Positions 51,031-64,000 are shown, numbered from the stretch's first letter. The stretch is DNA of 64,000 nt from Squalus acanthias (GCA_030390025.1 CM059425.1:178128001-178192000), one strand, 5' to 3'. The notes: generated from the letters alone by a model not told the origin. Numbers and translations: made by a program.

Positions 51031-51791
51031 GGGGCAGAAATTCGTCTGTTGTCGGGTGAGTACGCACTGTGTACTCACCCGTGGACGGAACGAAAGTGTC
51101 GGTTTCTTGCATGCACTGTGCATGCGCGGGAAACCGGCACTTCTGTTCCCCTGAGGAAAGGGGTTCAGAGGTCGAACGCACACGCCGGAGGGCCAGCGTG
51201 TTCGCCTCGCACTTCGGATTTTTTTACAGGTTCCTCCGTGAAGGTAAGCACGGATAAGATACACTTTGAAAAAGGATGCGCAAGGCCTTTTAACAAGGTA
51301 AGTGATGATTTTATTAAAATTTAAACATTTTTTTCACAGATTTATCTTTTTTAATTACTTTAAAGAAAGGTAAGTTTAGTTTTAGCCCCGTTAAAAAATG
51401 TAATAAAATTTTTCAAAAATTTAAATTTTTGTTTAAAATAGTTAATTAACGTAATTTATAGTTATTTTAAAAATGTGATGTTTTTTTTAAATTTATTTGT
51501 AGTTTTAGGGATGTTTTGGGGCCGATCTGTATTCATAGATTTGACAGGTCTTTCTGTCAAATCTATGAATGAAAGATAGTCTGCTGCCATTGGCTCTCCA
51601 TGCCCACGTGATCCCAGGGGACGCATCGCACTAACTACGCCCCTGGGATACACAAGCACTGCGCGCCGGCAGCTGCAGGAGGCCCAGGAGCTGAAGTCCC
51701 CGTGGGCCCAGAGGTCAACGACAGGCGCGGTAGGTCGGTGCGCGCGCTATCCTTGCACCCGCGGGAAGCCAGGGAGCCGAATTTCTGGCCC
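51031..51791 (-). mobile_element. PIF/Harbinger MITE family C, reverse copy
   Basis: Reverse-complement homolog of 38044-38809; flanks act/aat. Confidence 0.88.
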
Positions 51792-51808
51792 AATGTTTTA
51801 GACATAAC

Positions 51809-52704
51809 AGGGGAAAAATTCAGTATTGCCCCATTTGGGGCGCAATTATTGGCCGGGCGCAAAGATTAGCGCCTGGCGCTAATTATCGCCTCCGACTGCA
51901 AACTTGGCTTTTATCGCCCCTGGAGGTGATTGGAGCGCTAAATCAGGCGCTTCACACCTGTCTTAAGGCACAAAGGCCGAGGAGCGAGGCGCTACCTCAG
52001 AGCGCTGGCGAAGCTCATGTGATGTCAGTCAGCAATGGAACACAGACACAATGGTGCCGGCCAGTTCTTAAAGGGGAGGGTTGATCTTGCTCTCCATCCA
52101 CATCCTGCTCATTGCAGCCTTGAATCTCGGCCTGGAGAGACCTGTACATCAAATCTGCTGGAAAGAACAATGGAGAGAACCAGGGAAAGATCTCAGAGTG
52201 CAGCCCCCACAGTCTCTTCTAAATCGATACAAGGAAGGGCAAATCAAAATGAACCTACAAAGTGCTGCTCAGTACCCAAAACTCCTTCACACAGCGTTGA
52301 ATCTCATCAGAAGTCTCTCTCTCTCTCTCTCTCAGAATGCGTGGTGCAAAAATGTCACCAACAAAAAAAGGCAGGAAGTGGTCGCCTTTAAATAGCGCTC
52401 CCCCAGTCCCTTCCTGACTGCAAAACGCTTCCCTCAACCTGTCGTTGCTAGCGTCAGGCGGTAAGGCAGGGGGCACCACTCAATATCCGGTCAGGGGTGC
52501 TACCGGGGCATTGCGCACTCGACTGACGTCACGATCTGCCGGCGCAGGAGATCGTGGCGGTAGTGTTTAGCGCTGCCGCAAAATGTCTAGTTAATTTTGT
52601 GAGTGGCGCAAACATCGCCGCGCCCGGGCGCTAGTTGCTTTGCGCCCCATTAGCACCCTCTTAAGGCGCTAACGGGTGGCGCAAACCAACTGAATTTTCC
52701 CCCC
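51809..52704 (+). mobile_element. PIF/Harbinger MITE family A, copy 5
   Basis: Family A TIRs; AAC on both flanks. Confidence 0.9.
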
Positions 52705-53796
52705 AACATGTTATATATATATTAAAATAGTAATTTATTAAATCGATTTTAATCAACATAATATATTTAAATTATAATAAATATAAAATGATCTGTAATG
52801 TATTTAAATCATATATTTACTATAATACAATCAATAACATATTAAAAGCATCATTTAAAAGACTGTAATTGTCAAGTGTCAGCGGTTGGCTGTCACCACT
52901 CCCTGATGCCTGTAGGTGCTACATCCCCCAGCACAGCGACACCAGCCAAATTTCAGGTAAGTTCGAAAAAAATCAGTCCAGAAATGTTTTGAGCCTCTTC
53001 AGGGCAGTGTAGCAGAGCGGGACAGCCGCCTGCCCTTTGTCCCCTCGATGCTTTCTCCCCAAATCGCATTGACAGGAAATTTGAGCAATCGGGGTGCGTG
53101 CTCTATATCTGTAGAGGCGCAACAGAGGTATTCCTCCCCCTGTTGTGTCAATGGAAACTCAGAGGGGTACCCAGCCTCTCTGAGGAGTGGAAGTCCAAGG
53201 TCCAGACAGAAAAAACAAGCTCTTTTTTAAAATAGACCACTCTCTGGCTCCTGTTCCAACAGAAAGCAATCCTTCACAATCAATTGTCATTTGCTATCTT
53301 AACTGTAAGCCCACATGAGACCCAGAATGTGATCCATGCCTGCTAGGGAAGGCTGGCTATAACAAGGGCAGCTGGGTGGAATTCCCAGGGTAGCCCGGGA
53401 ACGCTCCTCGGCATGCCCCTGAATTGTTGCCAGGACTGTGGGGAGGGGGGTGTTGGACAGAAAAAAGTGCCCACCTGTCCCCTCTCCTACTCTGGGTCAG
53501 AATTACCAACTTAATGTACATTGGGTGGAAACCTGGCAAAAACACTTCTGCCCCAAATTGTAAGAGATCCTGTATCAATCTCCAACAATAAATCTCCGAT
53601 TGAACTTTTGCAATTTCCATAATTTTCTTAATTGGATCTTTTACTTCTGTTCTACCCGTGTATACCATGACTGTGCCAGGATGGGACTTTTACACAGCTC
53701 AAGTCGTGACTTATTAATGATACTTGAGAATAAATATACTGTACATCACTAATGATCAATAACAACACATTGTGACTCTTAATTTTATTTTTGCAG

Positions 53797-53937
53797 ATAT
53801 TTACACTATGCTCTAGATGAGTCAAAGGTTTTACAGGAAGATTCAATGTTGGTTTATATTGCTGTGGCAAAAAATCCCATTGGTTTCTTTTTAGTATGGA
53901 ACTTCATAAGAGCAAACTGGAAAACTATCCACACTGA
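53797..53937 (+). CDS. LVRN: M1 aminopeptidase exon H, 141 nt
   Basis: ttgcag|A...GA|gtaagt; YLHYALDESKVLQEDSMLVYIAVAKNPIGFFLVWNFIRANWKTIHT (VA.NP.G..L.W.F...NW motif). The next exon was not found in the window. Confidence 0.9.
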
Positions 53938-54569
53938 GTAAGTCAACTTGTCTAGAGTGTAGATTTCATCTGACACCTGCTTCTGGTGCATTTAAGCTTG
54001 ATCTTAAAAAAATGCATCCAATATTCTCCCGTTTACATATTGCATTAATCGCTAACTGTGATGTGACACATATAGCAATCTGCTGTGGAATTGTGGTATA
54101 AATATATACATTAGGGTAGAAATTCCAATTCTGTACTCGACAGTCCTCAATATTCCATCCATTCACTTTAATGGGCAGAAAATCACTGCCTGGCGCCAAA
54201 TCGAAATTTCTATGTGTCAGTATTTAGATGCTGAGAGGGGAATGTATTTGCATAAAACTAAGCATTAATTAATAAATAACTACAAAACATTTAATAAAAG
54301 CATGGCAAACATTTATTGTTATTATAAGATACTTGGTAAAAAAATATAGATCTATTAAAAGAAATATTGTGAAGTAGTTCCTTCTGTGATATATTTGTGA
54401 TTGCTGTGGAAAATTTCAGGAATTACAGGTTTATAAGTTTATATAATGTTCAAAAACACTGAAGCCATTTAAAAATAAAATGATAAGTCAATATTTTGCC
54501 AACTCTGATTTTCAAAACTACTCTGCATTGCAACTTTTTTTCATTTCTGTATTTTATCAAAACTGCTAT

Positions 54570-57490
54570 GAACATAAGAACATAAGAAATAAGAGCAGGA
54601 GTAGGCCATTCGGCCCTTCAAGCTTGCTTCGCCATTCAATAAGAACATGGCTGATCTTCTACCTCAATTCCACTTTCCCGCACTACCCCCATATCCCTTG
54701 ATTCCTTAATATCCAAAAATTGATCGATCTCTGTCTTGAATATAATCAACAACTGAGCATCAACAGTCCTCTGGGGTAGAGAATTCCAAAGATTCACAAC
54801 CCTCTGAGTGATGAAATTTCTCCTCATCTCAGTCCTAAATGGCCGACCCCTTATTCTAAGACTGTAACCCCTAGTTCTAGACTCCCCAGCCAGGGGAAGC
54901 ATCCTCCCTGCATCTACCCTGTCAAACCCTTGAGAATTTTATATGTTTCAATGAGATCACCTCTCATTCTTCTAAACTCTAGGGAATATAGGCCTAGTCT
55001 ACTCAATCTCTCCTCATAGGACAATCCCCCCATCCCAGGAAACAGTCTAGTGAACTTTCATTGCACTCCCTCCTTAGGTAAGGAGACCAAAACTGTAGTC
55101 TCTAGGTGTGGGCTCACCAAGGCCCTATATAATTGTAGAAAGATTTATTTACTTTTATACTCCAATCCCTTTGTAATAAAGGTTAACATACCATTTGCTT
55201 TCCTAATTGCTTGCTGCACCTGCATGTTAACGTTCTGTGATTTGTGTACAAGTACACCCAGGTCCCTCTGAGACATTTCCCCGTCTCTCACCATTTAAAA
55301 AATATTCTATTTTTCTATTTTTCCTACCAAAGTGGATAACTTCACACTTCTCCACATTATATTCTATCTGCCATATTCTTGCCCACACACGTTTGCTACC
55401 TTCCAATCCATGGGGACCGTTCTAGAATCTAGGGAATTCTGTAAGATCAAAACTAATGTATCCACTATCTTTGCAGCCACCTCTTTTAAAACCCTAGGAT
55501 GTCGACCATCAGGTCCAGGGGATTTGTCGACTTTCAGTCCCATTAATTTCTCCAGTACTATTTCTTTACTAATACTAATTTCTTTGAGTGCCTCATTCTC
55601 GTTAGACCTTTGGTTCCCCACTATTTCTGGAATGTTTTTTGTGTCTTCTACCATGAAGACAGATGCAAAGTATTTGTTTAATGTCTCTGCTATTCCCTTA
55701 TTCCCCATTATAATTTCTCCTGTCTTTGCCTTTAAGGGACCCACATTTACTTTTGCTAAGCTCTTCCTTTTTGCATACCTATAGAAGCTTTTACAATCTG
55801 TTTTTATGTCTCTTGCTAGTTTACTCTCATATTCTCTTTTCTCTTTCTTTATCAATTTCTTGGTCATCCTTTGCTGAATTCTAAAATCTTCCCAAACCTC
55901 AGGCTTACTACTCTTTTTGGCAACATTATAAGCCTCTTCCTTTAATCTAATACTATATTTAACTGTTAGCCACGGTTCACCCACTTTTCCCATGGGTTTT
56001 TATTCCTTAAGGGAATGTCTATTCATTTCGAATTATGAATTAATTCTTTAAATGTTTGCCATTGCTTATCTACCATCATATCTTTTAATTTTTTTAAAGA
56101 TTCCCAATCTACCTTAGCCAACTTGCCCCTCATACCTATGTAGTTTGCTTTGTTCAGATTTAAGACCCTAAGAAAGGATACCTTACCTAAGAAAGGATAT
56201 ACTTGCCATAGAGGGAGTGCAGCGAAGGTTCACCAGACTGATTCCTGGGATGGCAGGACTGTCGTATGAGGAGAGATTGGGTCGACTAGGCCGTATTCAC
56301 TAGAGTTTAGAAGAATGAGAGGGGATCTCATTGAAACATATAAAATTCAGACAGGACTAGACAGACTGGATGCAGGGAGGATGTTTCCCCTGGCTGGGGG
56401 GTCTAGAACGAGGGGTCACAGTCTCAGGATATGGGGTAGGACATTTAGGACTGAGATGAGGAGAAATTTCTTAACTCAGAGGGTGGTGAACCTGTGGAAT
56501 TCTCTACCACAGAAGGCTGTGGAGGCCAAGTCACTGAATATATTTAAGAAGGAGATAGATAGATTTCTAGACACAAAAGGCATCAAGGGGTATGGGGATA
56601 GAGCGGGAATATGGTATTGAGATAGAGGATCAGCCATGATCATATTGAATGGCAGAGCAGGCTCGAAAGGCCGAATGGCCTACTCCTGCTCCTATTTTTT
56701 CTATGTTTCTATGTTTTGTATTTAACTAAATCACTCTCAAACTCAATATAAAATTCTATCATATTGTGATCACTCTTCCCCAGAGGCTCCTTTATTACAA
56801 GGTTATTAATTAACACTTTCTCATTTCACAATACTAGATCTAATATAGCCTGTTCCCTAGTTCCTTCCTTGACATACTGATCTAGAAAACTATCTTGAAT
56901 AAATTCCATGAACTCGTGCGCCACACTATTACTGCAAATTTGGTTTGCCCAGTCTATATGTAGATTAAAGTCCCCCATGATTACTGTATTACCCTTGTTA
57001 CATGCACCTCTAATTTACTGATTTATACTCTGCCCGACACTACAACTACTGATAGGGGGCCTAGAAACTACTCCCACCAGTGTTTTCTGCCCCTTGTTGT
57101 TTCTTAGCTCCACCAAAACTGATTCTATATCTTGACTTTCCGAGCTAAGATCCTTTCTGCCTACTGTCTTTATCCCATCCTTTATTATTATTAGCCAATT
57201 TGCACATGGCTCAGGTAACAACCCAGAGTTTATTACCGTGAGGTTCTGTGTTTTAATTTCGACCCTAGCTCCTCAAACTCTCTCAGCAGAACCTCATTCC
57301 TAGTTCTACCTCTGTCGTTGGTTCCTATAAGTTTCTAGTTAAGTTAAAAAAAGAATGTATATAGTAAATTACTTAGCTCAATTTCCTCCGGATCTGCCGT
57401 TGATTACTTTGTGATTTTTCTGTGGGTTTGTTTCACTGCTGGGCTGGGCTGCCACAGGGCTCCTTTTAAACTGCTCTGTTTCCTGTTCTT
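54570..57490 (-). mobile_element. CR1 with several internal deletions, split by a + strand CR1
   Basis: ORFs 54636-54902, 55364-55993, 57015-57221 (all -); tail at 54570. Confidence 0.85.
56168..56715 (+). mobile_element. CR1 3' fragment nested in an opposite-strand CR1
   Basis: ORF 56315-56620; 3' UTR; (tttctatg) tail. Confidence 0.88.
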
Positions 57491-57627
57491 TTACTCTATG
57501 GCCATTGGTAAACTCTCCTGTCTTGTTCTTATTAAGCTCCAAGTATCATAAATCAGATACCAAGACTCATTGGACAGTCTCTTCATCCAACTCATTTGTT
57601 CTCAGGATCTCAAACAGTAGAAATCCT

Positions 57628-59851
57628 GGGCCGCGAAATTCGGCACCTTAGCGCCAGCAGTTAAAGCTGGGTTCGGGAAAAAAATGGTGGCGCCTCGCTT
57701 CCACCCACTTTCGGCACAGCCTGTGCTGGTCGCCATCTTGGTGAGGGCGATAGCGCGGGCAGGACGTGCATGCAGCAGCAGTATTCAGAGTGGACAGATT
57801 GTGACGTCAGTCAGCGTGTAACGCTGATTTGATGCACGACCTGCCATTTTGGACATCGCCGTTCCAAACAACGCCCTTCTCTTTAACACGCACAATTGAA
57901 CGTGCATTCAGCTGCACGATGGATCCCCCTGCTTCCCCCGCAACCAGGGCTGTATAAAGGTATACATCCAACTTGCAGGTAAGTTGATTATTTCTCTTGT
58001 ACTGGCTCTTGCAGAGTTTATATCAATGCTGGCTTGCTTGAAGACATTTATAGCGCTGTTAAAGTGTACAGGGAGTGCTACTGGACTGGGGAAGAAATTG
58101 CCTGCTACTAGAAGGCCTCTGACTACACCACTTGCTCCCAGTCATGGGGGCTCTACTCGCATTCCCGCTCGCGCTGTAGCATGACAGGGAGATGGAGCAG
58201 AGGCAGCAAAGACAAGCTTCTCGTAGAGGGAGAAGGAGGAGGGGGAGGAGGGCTCTCAGCAGGAGGCCTTGCCCACCTAGGAATTTCAGGGAGCACTTCT
58301 CCTACTTGCACCTAAGCCAGGAGTAGGATATTCGGCATCTCCACTTCACGAAGGAGGTGGTCACAGAACTCTGCCACCTCTTGCAACCAGACCTGCAGCC
58401 TCAGAGCAGGACGACGACGGCTCTGCCAGTGGTCCTCAAGGTGACCGTGGCCCTCAATTCTTTCACCACTGGATCCTTCCAGGATGGAACATGTGACATC
58501 TCGCAGTTCACCGTCCATCGCTGCATCTGGGAGGTCACAGAGGCTCTGTACTCTAGGAGAAGGGACTTCATTGTCTTCTCTCTAAACATCGGCATCAACT
58601 GCACACACGTGGCTTTGTGAGCGCCGCATATCAATGCTGAGATGTACAGCAACTGCAAAGACTACCATTCAGTTAATATGCAGTTGGTGTGCGACCACGC
58701 CCAGCACATCACAATGGTGAATGCCCGGTATCCTGGCAGCAGTCATGATGCCTTCATTCCGCGCTAGTCTGCTGTGCCAGCAATCTTCCAGCCACCACGT
58801 CGAACTGCTCGGAGACAAGGGCTATCCGCTCTACACTTGGCTGGTGACACCTCTCCACAACCCCACCACTCGTGGCCAGCAATCATATAATGACAGCCAT
58901 GTTGCCATGAGGCACCTCATTGAGTAGAACATTGGGGCGCTCAAGCAATGATTCCGCTGCCTTGACCGCTCGGGAGGAGCCCTCCAGTACTCACCAGAGT
59001 AGCTGTCCCATTTCGTGGTAGTCTGCTGCATCCTCCACAACTTGGGTGCAGCCCTTGCCACCACGGGTTCTGCGACCACCTCGAGGAGGAGGAGGAGGAA
59101 GGGAGGAGGCAGCCTGTATACTCCGTTCCAGACGGGCTGTCCTTGAGAGTATCATCAGACTCCGGTTCCCCTGAATGAAACCCCAGATCTCCGTTGCTCA
59201 ACATTTCACCACCTTACCATCCCTCTGTCAGGGAACATCACGGTGTCCTCTTGGGCATAAAGCTGAAATGAAAGCCACCACAAAACAAACATTCCAAACA
59301 TAATTTATAAATGATTAATTCCAATATTACATTACAAAGTCAACTAATCACTTTTGTGCATTTCCTTAGTGTCTGTCTTTTGTGTGCCTTTGCCTATTGT
59401 AGTGCTCCTATGAAGTTCTACCCCAATGGCTGCAGCATGGCTGGTGGAAGGCTACTGATTTTCCGGGTAGAACACTGTAGGTGGCCTTGCGCAGCTCTGA
59501 GCCTAGAAGGCCTGGCTGTAGACTGCACCACCTCGGCATGGGCGACAGCAGTCTGGGCTGGCTGGCTGACAGACAACTGCAAGGGCACTGGCAGAGTGAC
59601 AGGGGTGGAAGTACAAATGCTGTCATCCTGCGAGAGGACAGCAGGCTCTTGCTCCACGGAGCCACTGCCAGTCCCCTGGGGCAGTGCCTCAGCATTCCTA
59701 GCCATTTGTTGGGGGACAGATTGCTGGGCTGCTGTGAAACCCTGCAAGCCCCTTTAAACACTGGTAAGCGCAGTCATGATGGCAGCAGTCTGATCTTGTA
59801 TGGCAACAAGCTGAGCCTGCATGACAGAAGTCTGAGCTTCCACTGCAGCAC
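57628..59851 (+). mobile_element. Relic of a two-gene PIF/Harbinger transposon
   Basis: GGGCCGCGAAATTCGG left end; + strand transposase and a convergent - strand Pro/Gln-rich ORF (59418-59747), likely the partner gene's C-terminus; truncated by a CR1. Confidence 0.8.
58144..59177 (+). pseudogene. HARBI1-like DDE transposase pseudogene
   Basis: [78 protein letters not shown]; multiple stops and frameshifts. Confidence 0.9.
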
Positions 59852-60910
59852 TGAGACAGAAAACAGAGAGTAGGAATAAACGGGTCATTTTCGGGTTGGC
59901 AGGCTATAACTAGTGGGGCTCTGCAAGGATCAGTGCTTGGGCCTCAGCTATTCACAATCTACATCAATGATTTGGATGAGGGGACCAAATGTAATATATC
60001 CAAGTTTGCTGATGATACAAAGCTGGGTGGGAATGTAAGTTGTGAGGAGGATGCAAGGAGGCTTCAAGGAGATAGAGACAGGCTAAGTGAGTGGGTAAGA
60101 ACATGGCAAATGGAATATAATGTGGAGAAAATTGGTAGGAAAAATAGAAAAGCAGAGTATTTTTTAAATGGTGAGAGATTGGGAAATGTTGGTGTTCGGA
60201 GGGACCTGGGTGTCCTTGTACACGAATCACTGAAAGTTAACATGCAGGTACAGCAAGCAATTAGAAAAGCAAATGGTATGTTGGCCTTTATTACAAGAGG
60301 TTTTGAGTATAAGAGTAAAGACGTCTTATTGCAATTATACAGGGCCCTGATGAGACCACACCTGGAGTATTGTGTACAGTTTTGGTCTCCTTACCTAAGG
60401 AAGGATATACTTGCCATAGAGGGAGTGCAACGAAGGTTCACCAGACTGGTTCCTGGGATGGGGGGATTGTCCTATGAGGACAGATTGAGTAGACTAGGCC
60501 TATATTTTCTAGAGTTTAGAAGAATGAGAGGTGATCTCATTGAAACATACAAAATTCTTACAGGGCTTGACAGGGTAGATGCAGGGAGGATGTTTCCCCT
60601 TGTTGGGGAGTCTAGAACCAGGGGTCACAGTCTCAGAATAAGGGGTCGACCATTTAGGACTGAGATGAGGAGAAATTTCTTCACTCGGAGGGTGGTGAAT
60701 CTTTGGAATTCTCTACCCAGAGGGCTGTGGAGGCTCAGTCGTTGAGTATATGCAAGACAGAGATCGATAGATTTTTGAATATTAAGGGATATGGGGTTAG
60801 TGCAGAAAAGTGGAGATGAGGTAGAAGATCAGCTATGATCTTATTAAATGGCGGAGCAGGCTCGAGGGGCCAAATGGCCTACTCCTGCTCCTATTTCTTA
60901 TGTTCTTATG
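59852..60910 (+). mobile_element. CR1 3' fragment
   Basis: ORF 59933-60745 (FADDTKL...QFWSP); tail ttcttatgttcttatg. Confidence 0.92.
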
Positions 60911-61329
60911 CCGAATTTCCTGACTTTGGGTGAGGCGCGAGCCACAGTACACATCTCGCATATAAAATTGGGGCATGGAGGCCGAGCCTGCTAAATTAAA
61001 CTTCTTAAAGATACGCTAATGTTACATAATTGCATTTAGAATGTTTTTTTTTCATTTCCTGTTAAACTTTGCTGCATTTTGTCCATGCATTCGTTGGTTT
61101 TGCTGGACAGTGCACTATTTTTTTCATTTTTCTTCCTGCCAATACTTTTCTTCATAATTCTTGATTGCTGCCCCCATTTAAATAGTAATATACAAAGTGG
61201 TGTTGATGGGAATTCCTTTGAGGTTTCCAATAGTGCTGCATGATTCTCTAAGGAAAACAAGTTCACTAGGGGCCAACAAATGCAAATGCAATTACACTTG
61301 GTGCTTTTTGTCTGCACTTGTCACTATCC

Positions 61330-61712
61330 TGGGATCTGTATTATTACAATCTGTCACACCTCTGTGGATACATCAGAGGAGACCTGTCTTGCTGCCTCTG
61401 TTGCACAAGAGCGGCTGCCACAGAGTTACACCATCTTTTGCAGGATAACCAGCAGTCAACATCTGGAGCAGGGACAGCTCTTCCCATAGAAGGGAAGCTT
61501 TCATGCCACTGGTCCCTTGCAATGCATCATAGGAAACATCTGTCACATTCAGCAGTCTGCATTGCAGACAAACAAGTGAAAATGCTGTGTTTGCAAGAGG
61601 CAACAGCTTCATCACTTTTCCTGTGTAAGTTGGACAGATTGCAGAGCTTTCACTGGCTGGCTGGGTTCCCTCAAGTGTAATACATTGTAGATGGCACCCG
61701 TATGGACATCAT
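61330..61712 (+). pseudogene. Older HARBI1-like transposase fragment
   Basis: TELHHLLQ...TALPIEGK and AGFPQV*YIVDGT parallel the transposase at 58144. Confidence 0.6.
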
Positions 61713-63889
61713 GGAGTAAATTTTCATCATCACTGCCTGAGCCGTACTCTGGCAGAGCAAATCACCTGTCCATTATAGTGAAGGGATAATTACAAGTCCT
61801 AGCCCTTTTCGGGCTACCCCAGATCAGGCGTATTTCCCAGACGTTCACCTTCAACTAAAGTTAGCAGTAGCCGAATCCCAGAGACGCTTAATTGGGTCTA
61901 AAGGTCAGACTACCTCTCCCTAAAGGAAAGAAACCGCCTGAAGATGTTACCATCCTCCGGATAGCACTTTTAATAAGTTTAACTAGACTGTAACCTTCTG
62001 GATATTATGAGGGTCTGGAAAACCCCCCAGAATTCTGCAACTCCTTACAAAAGAGTGTACAGAAATTGAGTTTGTGAGTTGATACAGAAATACTCTGTGA
62101 GACAATTTTAAAAATATATAGATTTATTAAAGAACTGACATTTAGTTAACAGCTGGTATGGCAATCGCAACTTTAACCATTCAAAATACAAATAGCTTAC
62201 ATTTCTTATCAGAGATCCTTATTCTCAAATCTTAACTTCGTTACATTTCCACACTTCTACTTATTTCTTAATCCAGAATATCCACCAAAATCAAATACCA
62301 TGATTACACGAGACTCAGAGTTGTAGGCCTACAGAGCATGCCTGTGAAGTTGAGAAACGTTTGCCCTTCCAGCGACTTCTGACTCTCTATCTGAAGAGCT
62401 CTTATTTTTATACTCTTTTTTAGTGGTATATTCTTTGAAGTTTTCTACTGATGTAAGCTAATTGTCTCCAGTGATACTCTATTGAATTCTTTTCTATTCT
62501 TACTGTCATTTCAGCTGCCAACTTTTAGAATTCTGTCTCTACCTTTAGGTGTTTCAAAAACTTATCATTTTTATGGTTATTATTGATTTATCTATTTGAT
62601 GCTATTCTTAGGAAGTCTTTCTATTGAATTCTTAATATCACTTAACTGCTTGTAAGCCAGACGTCGTGACTCCGTGGTGTTCCAAATTCAATACAAACAC
62701 AATGTAATTGCTTGGTGTCATCTATTGATATTATATCTTCAAAGCCTCTCTGTAGGTATCTTTTACAATTTGCAAATTAAAAACACTTCATCTAGGGTGT
62801 TCTTTGCATTTCTTAGCTATTTCAATTGGTTGCATATTTAATCGTGTTTCCTGTCTTATTTGATGTTACTTTATGAAGGCATATGGTTGTTTAATGTTCT
62901 AAGTTTCTGTTTCCCTGAGTGTTAGCTTATAACACTTTACTTGAGTCATTCCATTGTGTTTCTCCCAAACTCCAGACCTTCTGGAAGCACCAATGGTTTG
63001 CTTCAATAGGGCCATTGTTTTTGTGTTTACAGCCATCTCCCATTTCAAAGCTTGTGGTGTTTTACAACTTTTGTTAACACTTCACCTTGTCTCAGAAGCC
63101 TGTATTGTGTTTGCAGCCTTTGTCTCTGAGGCTTTCCAGACTTTTAAGCTCAGTATGTCTTGTATTAATAATCTCAAAATCTGTTCATAGGATGATGTAT
63201 TTCTTGGAATATGGCTTATTCCATTACAATAGAACCCATCCGTTTTTCATTCCTTTGCCTCTGGCCTGGATCTCCAAATAATCTCCACGTGCGCCAGTTG
63301 GTAGGCCAATACAATTTGTTCTCACTGGATGTACCAGTCACCAGTCCTCACCCGACCTGCTCTCTAGTTCATAGTATAAAAGTTTGTGCTGTGCTTTGTT
63401 TCTTGTTATACAAAACAATTTTGGCAGCTATTTTCAAAGTGTTTAGTGATGGCTTTTCTGGGTTTTAAGATTTCTTGAGTTCTCAAACTCTTTCCATTGT
63501 TGAACATTAGGTTTGGATTATTAACAGTAAAACTTGTGGCAGCATTTATTTGAAACACCAGTGGGTTGGACCAGGTTTCTGATCTGGTCCCCTTGGAGGA
63601 CAAGACACACCCAACAGTTTGGAATGTGTAATTTGATCCTGCCCGCTGTAGAGTAGCTACAATGTGCAATTTGATCCAGTCTTGTCAGGCAGCCTACAGA
63701 AAGTGGAAGTGTAGTTAGCTTTGTGAAGATCCTCTGTTATCTAGTGTTCTGCAATTGTAATTATAGTTGTCCTTGGCTGGTAAAATAAAAGACATTCTCT
63801 AATTAGTGGTTTAGTTACTTCTTTGAAGTTTTATGCTTTTTTTTCCTTCTGGAAGTGCTAAAAAAATGTTAATTCAGAATGAAGGCTCC

Positions 63890-63977
63890 ATGCGTGTGGG
63901 GTCCGTGTGTGTGGTGCATCTGTGGGTACTTGTGTGGGGTGCATGTGTGTGGGGTCCGTGTGTGAGGTGTGTGTGTA
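63890..63977. repeat. GT-rich degenerate tandem repeat
   Basis: Repeated gtgtgtggggtcc-like units. Confidence 0.7.
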
Positions 63978-64000
63978 TCCAACCTTCTGACACACCAGCG

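Noticed and set aside
57596..57660. tttgttctcag as the acceptor of the next aminopeptidase exon
   Set aside because: The translation has no M1 similarity and runs into a Harbinger terminus.
58144..59177. Domesticated HARBI1 host gene
   Set aside because: Multiple stops and frameshifts within a transposon context.

Overview
Vertebrate genomic DNA. The repeat content (CR1/HER1-type LINEs, a V-SINE, Penelope, PIF/Harbinger) suggests a cartilaginous fish, which is an inference. The window holds eight consecutive + strand coding exons of the C-terminal half of an M1-family aminopeptidase (laeverin/LVRN-like or aminopeptidase N-like). All introns are GT-AG and all phases are compatible; the gene's 5' and 3' ends lie outside the window. 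The introns are mostly transposons: about 20 CR1 copies or fragments, a second LINE family, a Penelope 3' fragment, PIF/Harbinger relics (HARBI1-like transposase and Myb/SANT partner) and several MITE families. Notable points are two minimal hammerhead-ribozyme motifs (one partly inside a perfect 67-bp hairpin insertion), a covarying palindrome in a MITE lineage, a duplicated host splice acceptor forming a possible poison exon, a locally templated inverted insertion, an inversion with duplicated breakpoints and an LF-SINE-like copy. No wholly new system could be demonstrated from sequence alone. Boundaries of degenerate repeats are approximate, and family assignments come from recognition, not from database searches.
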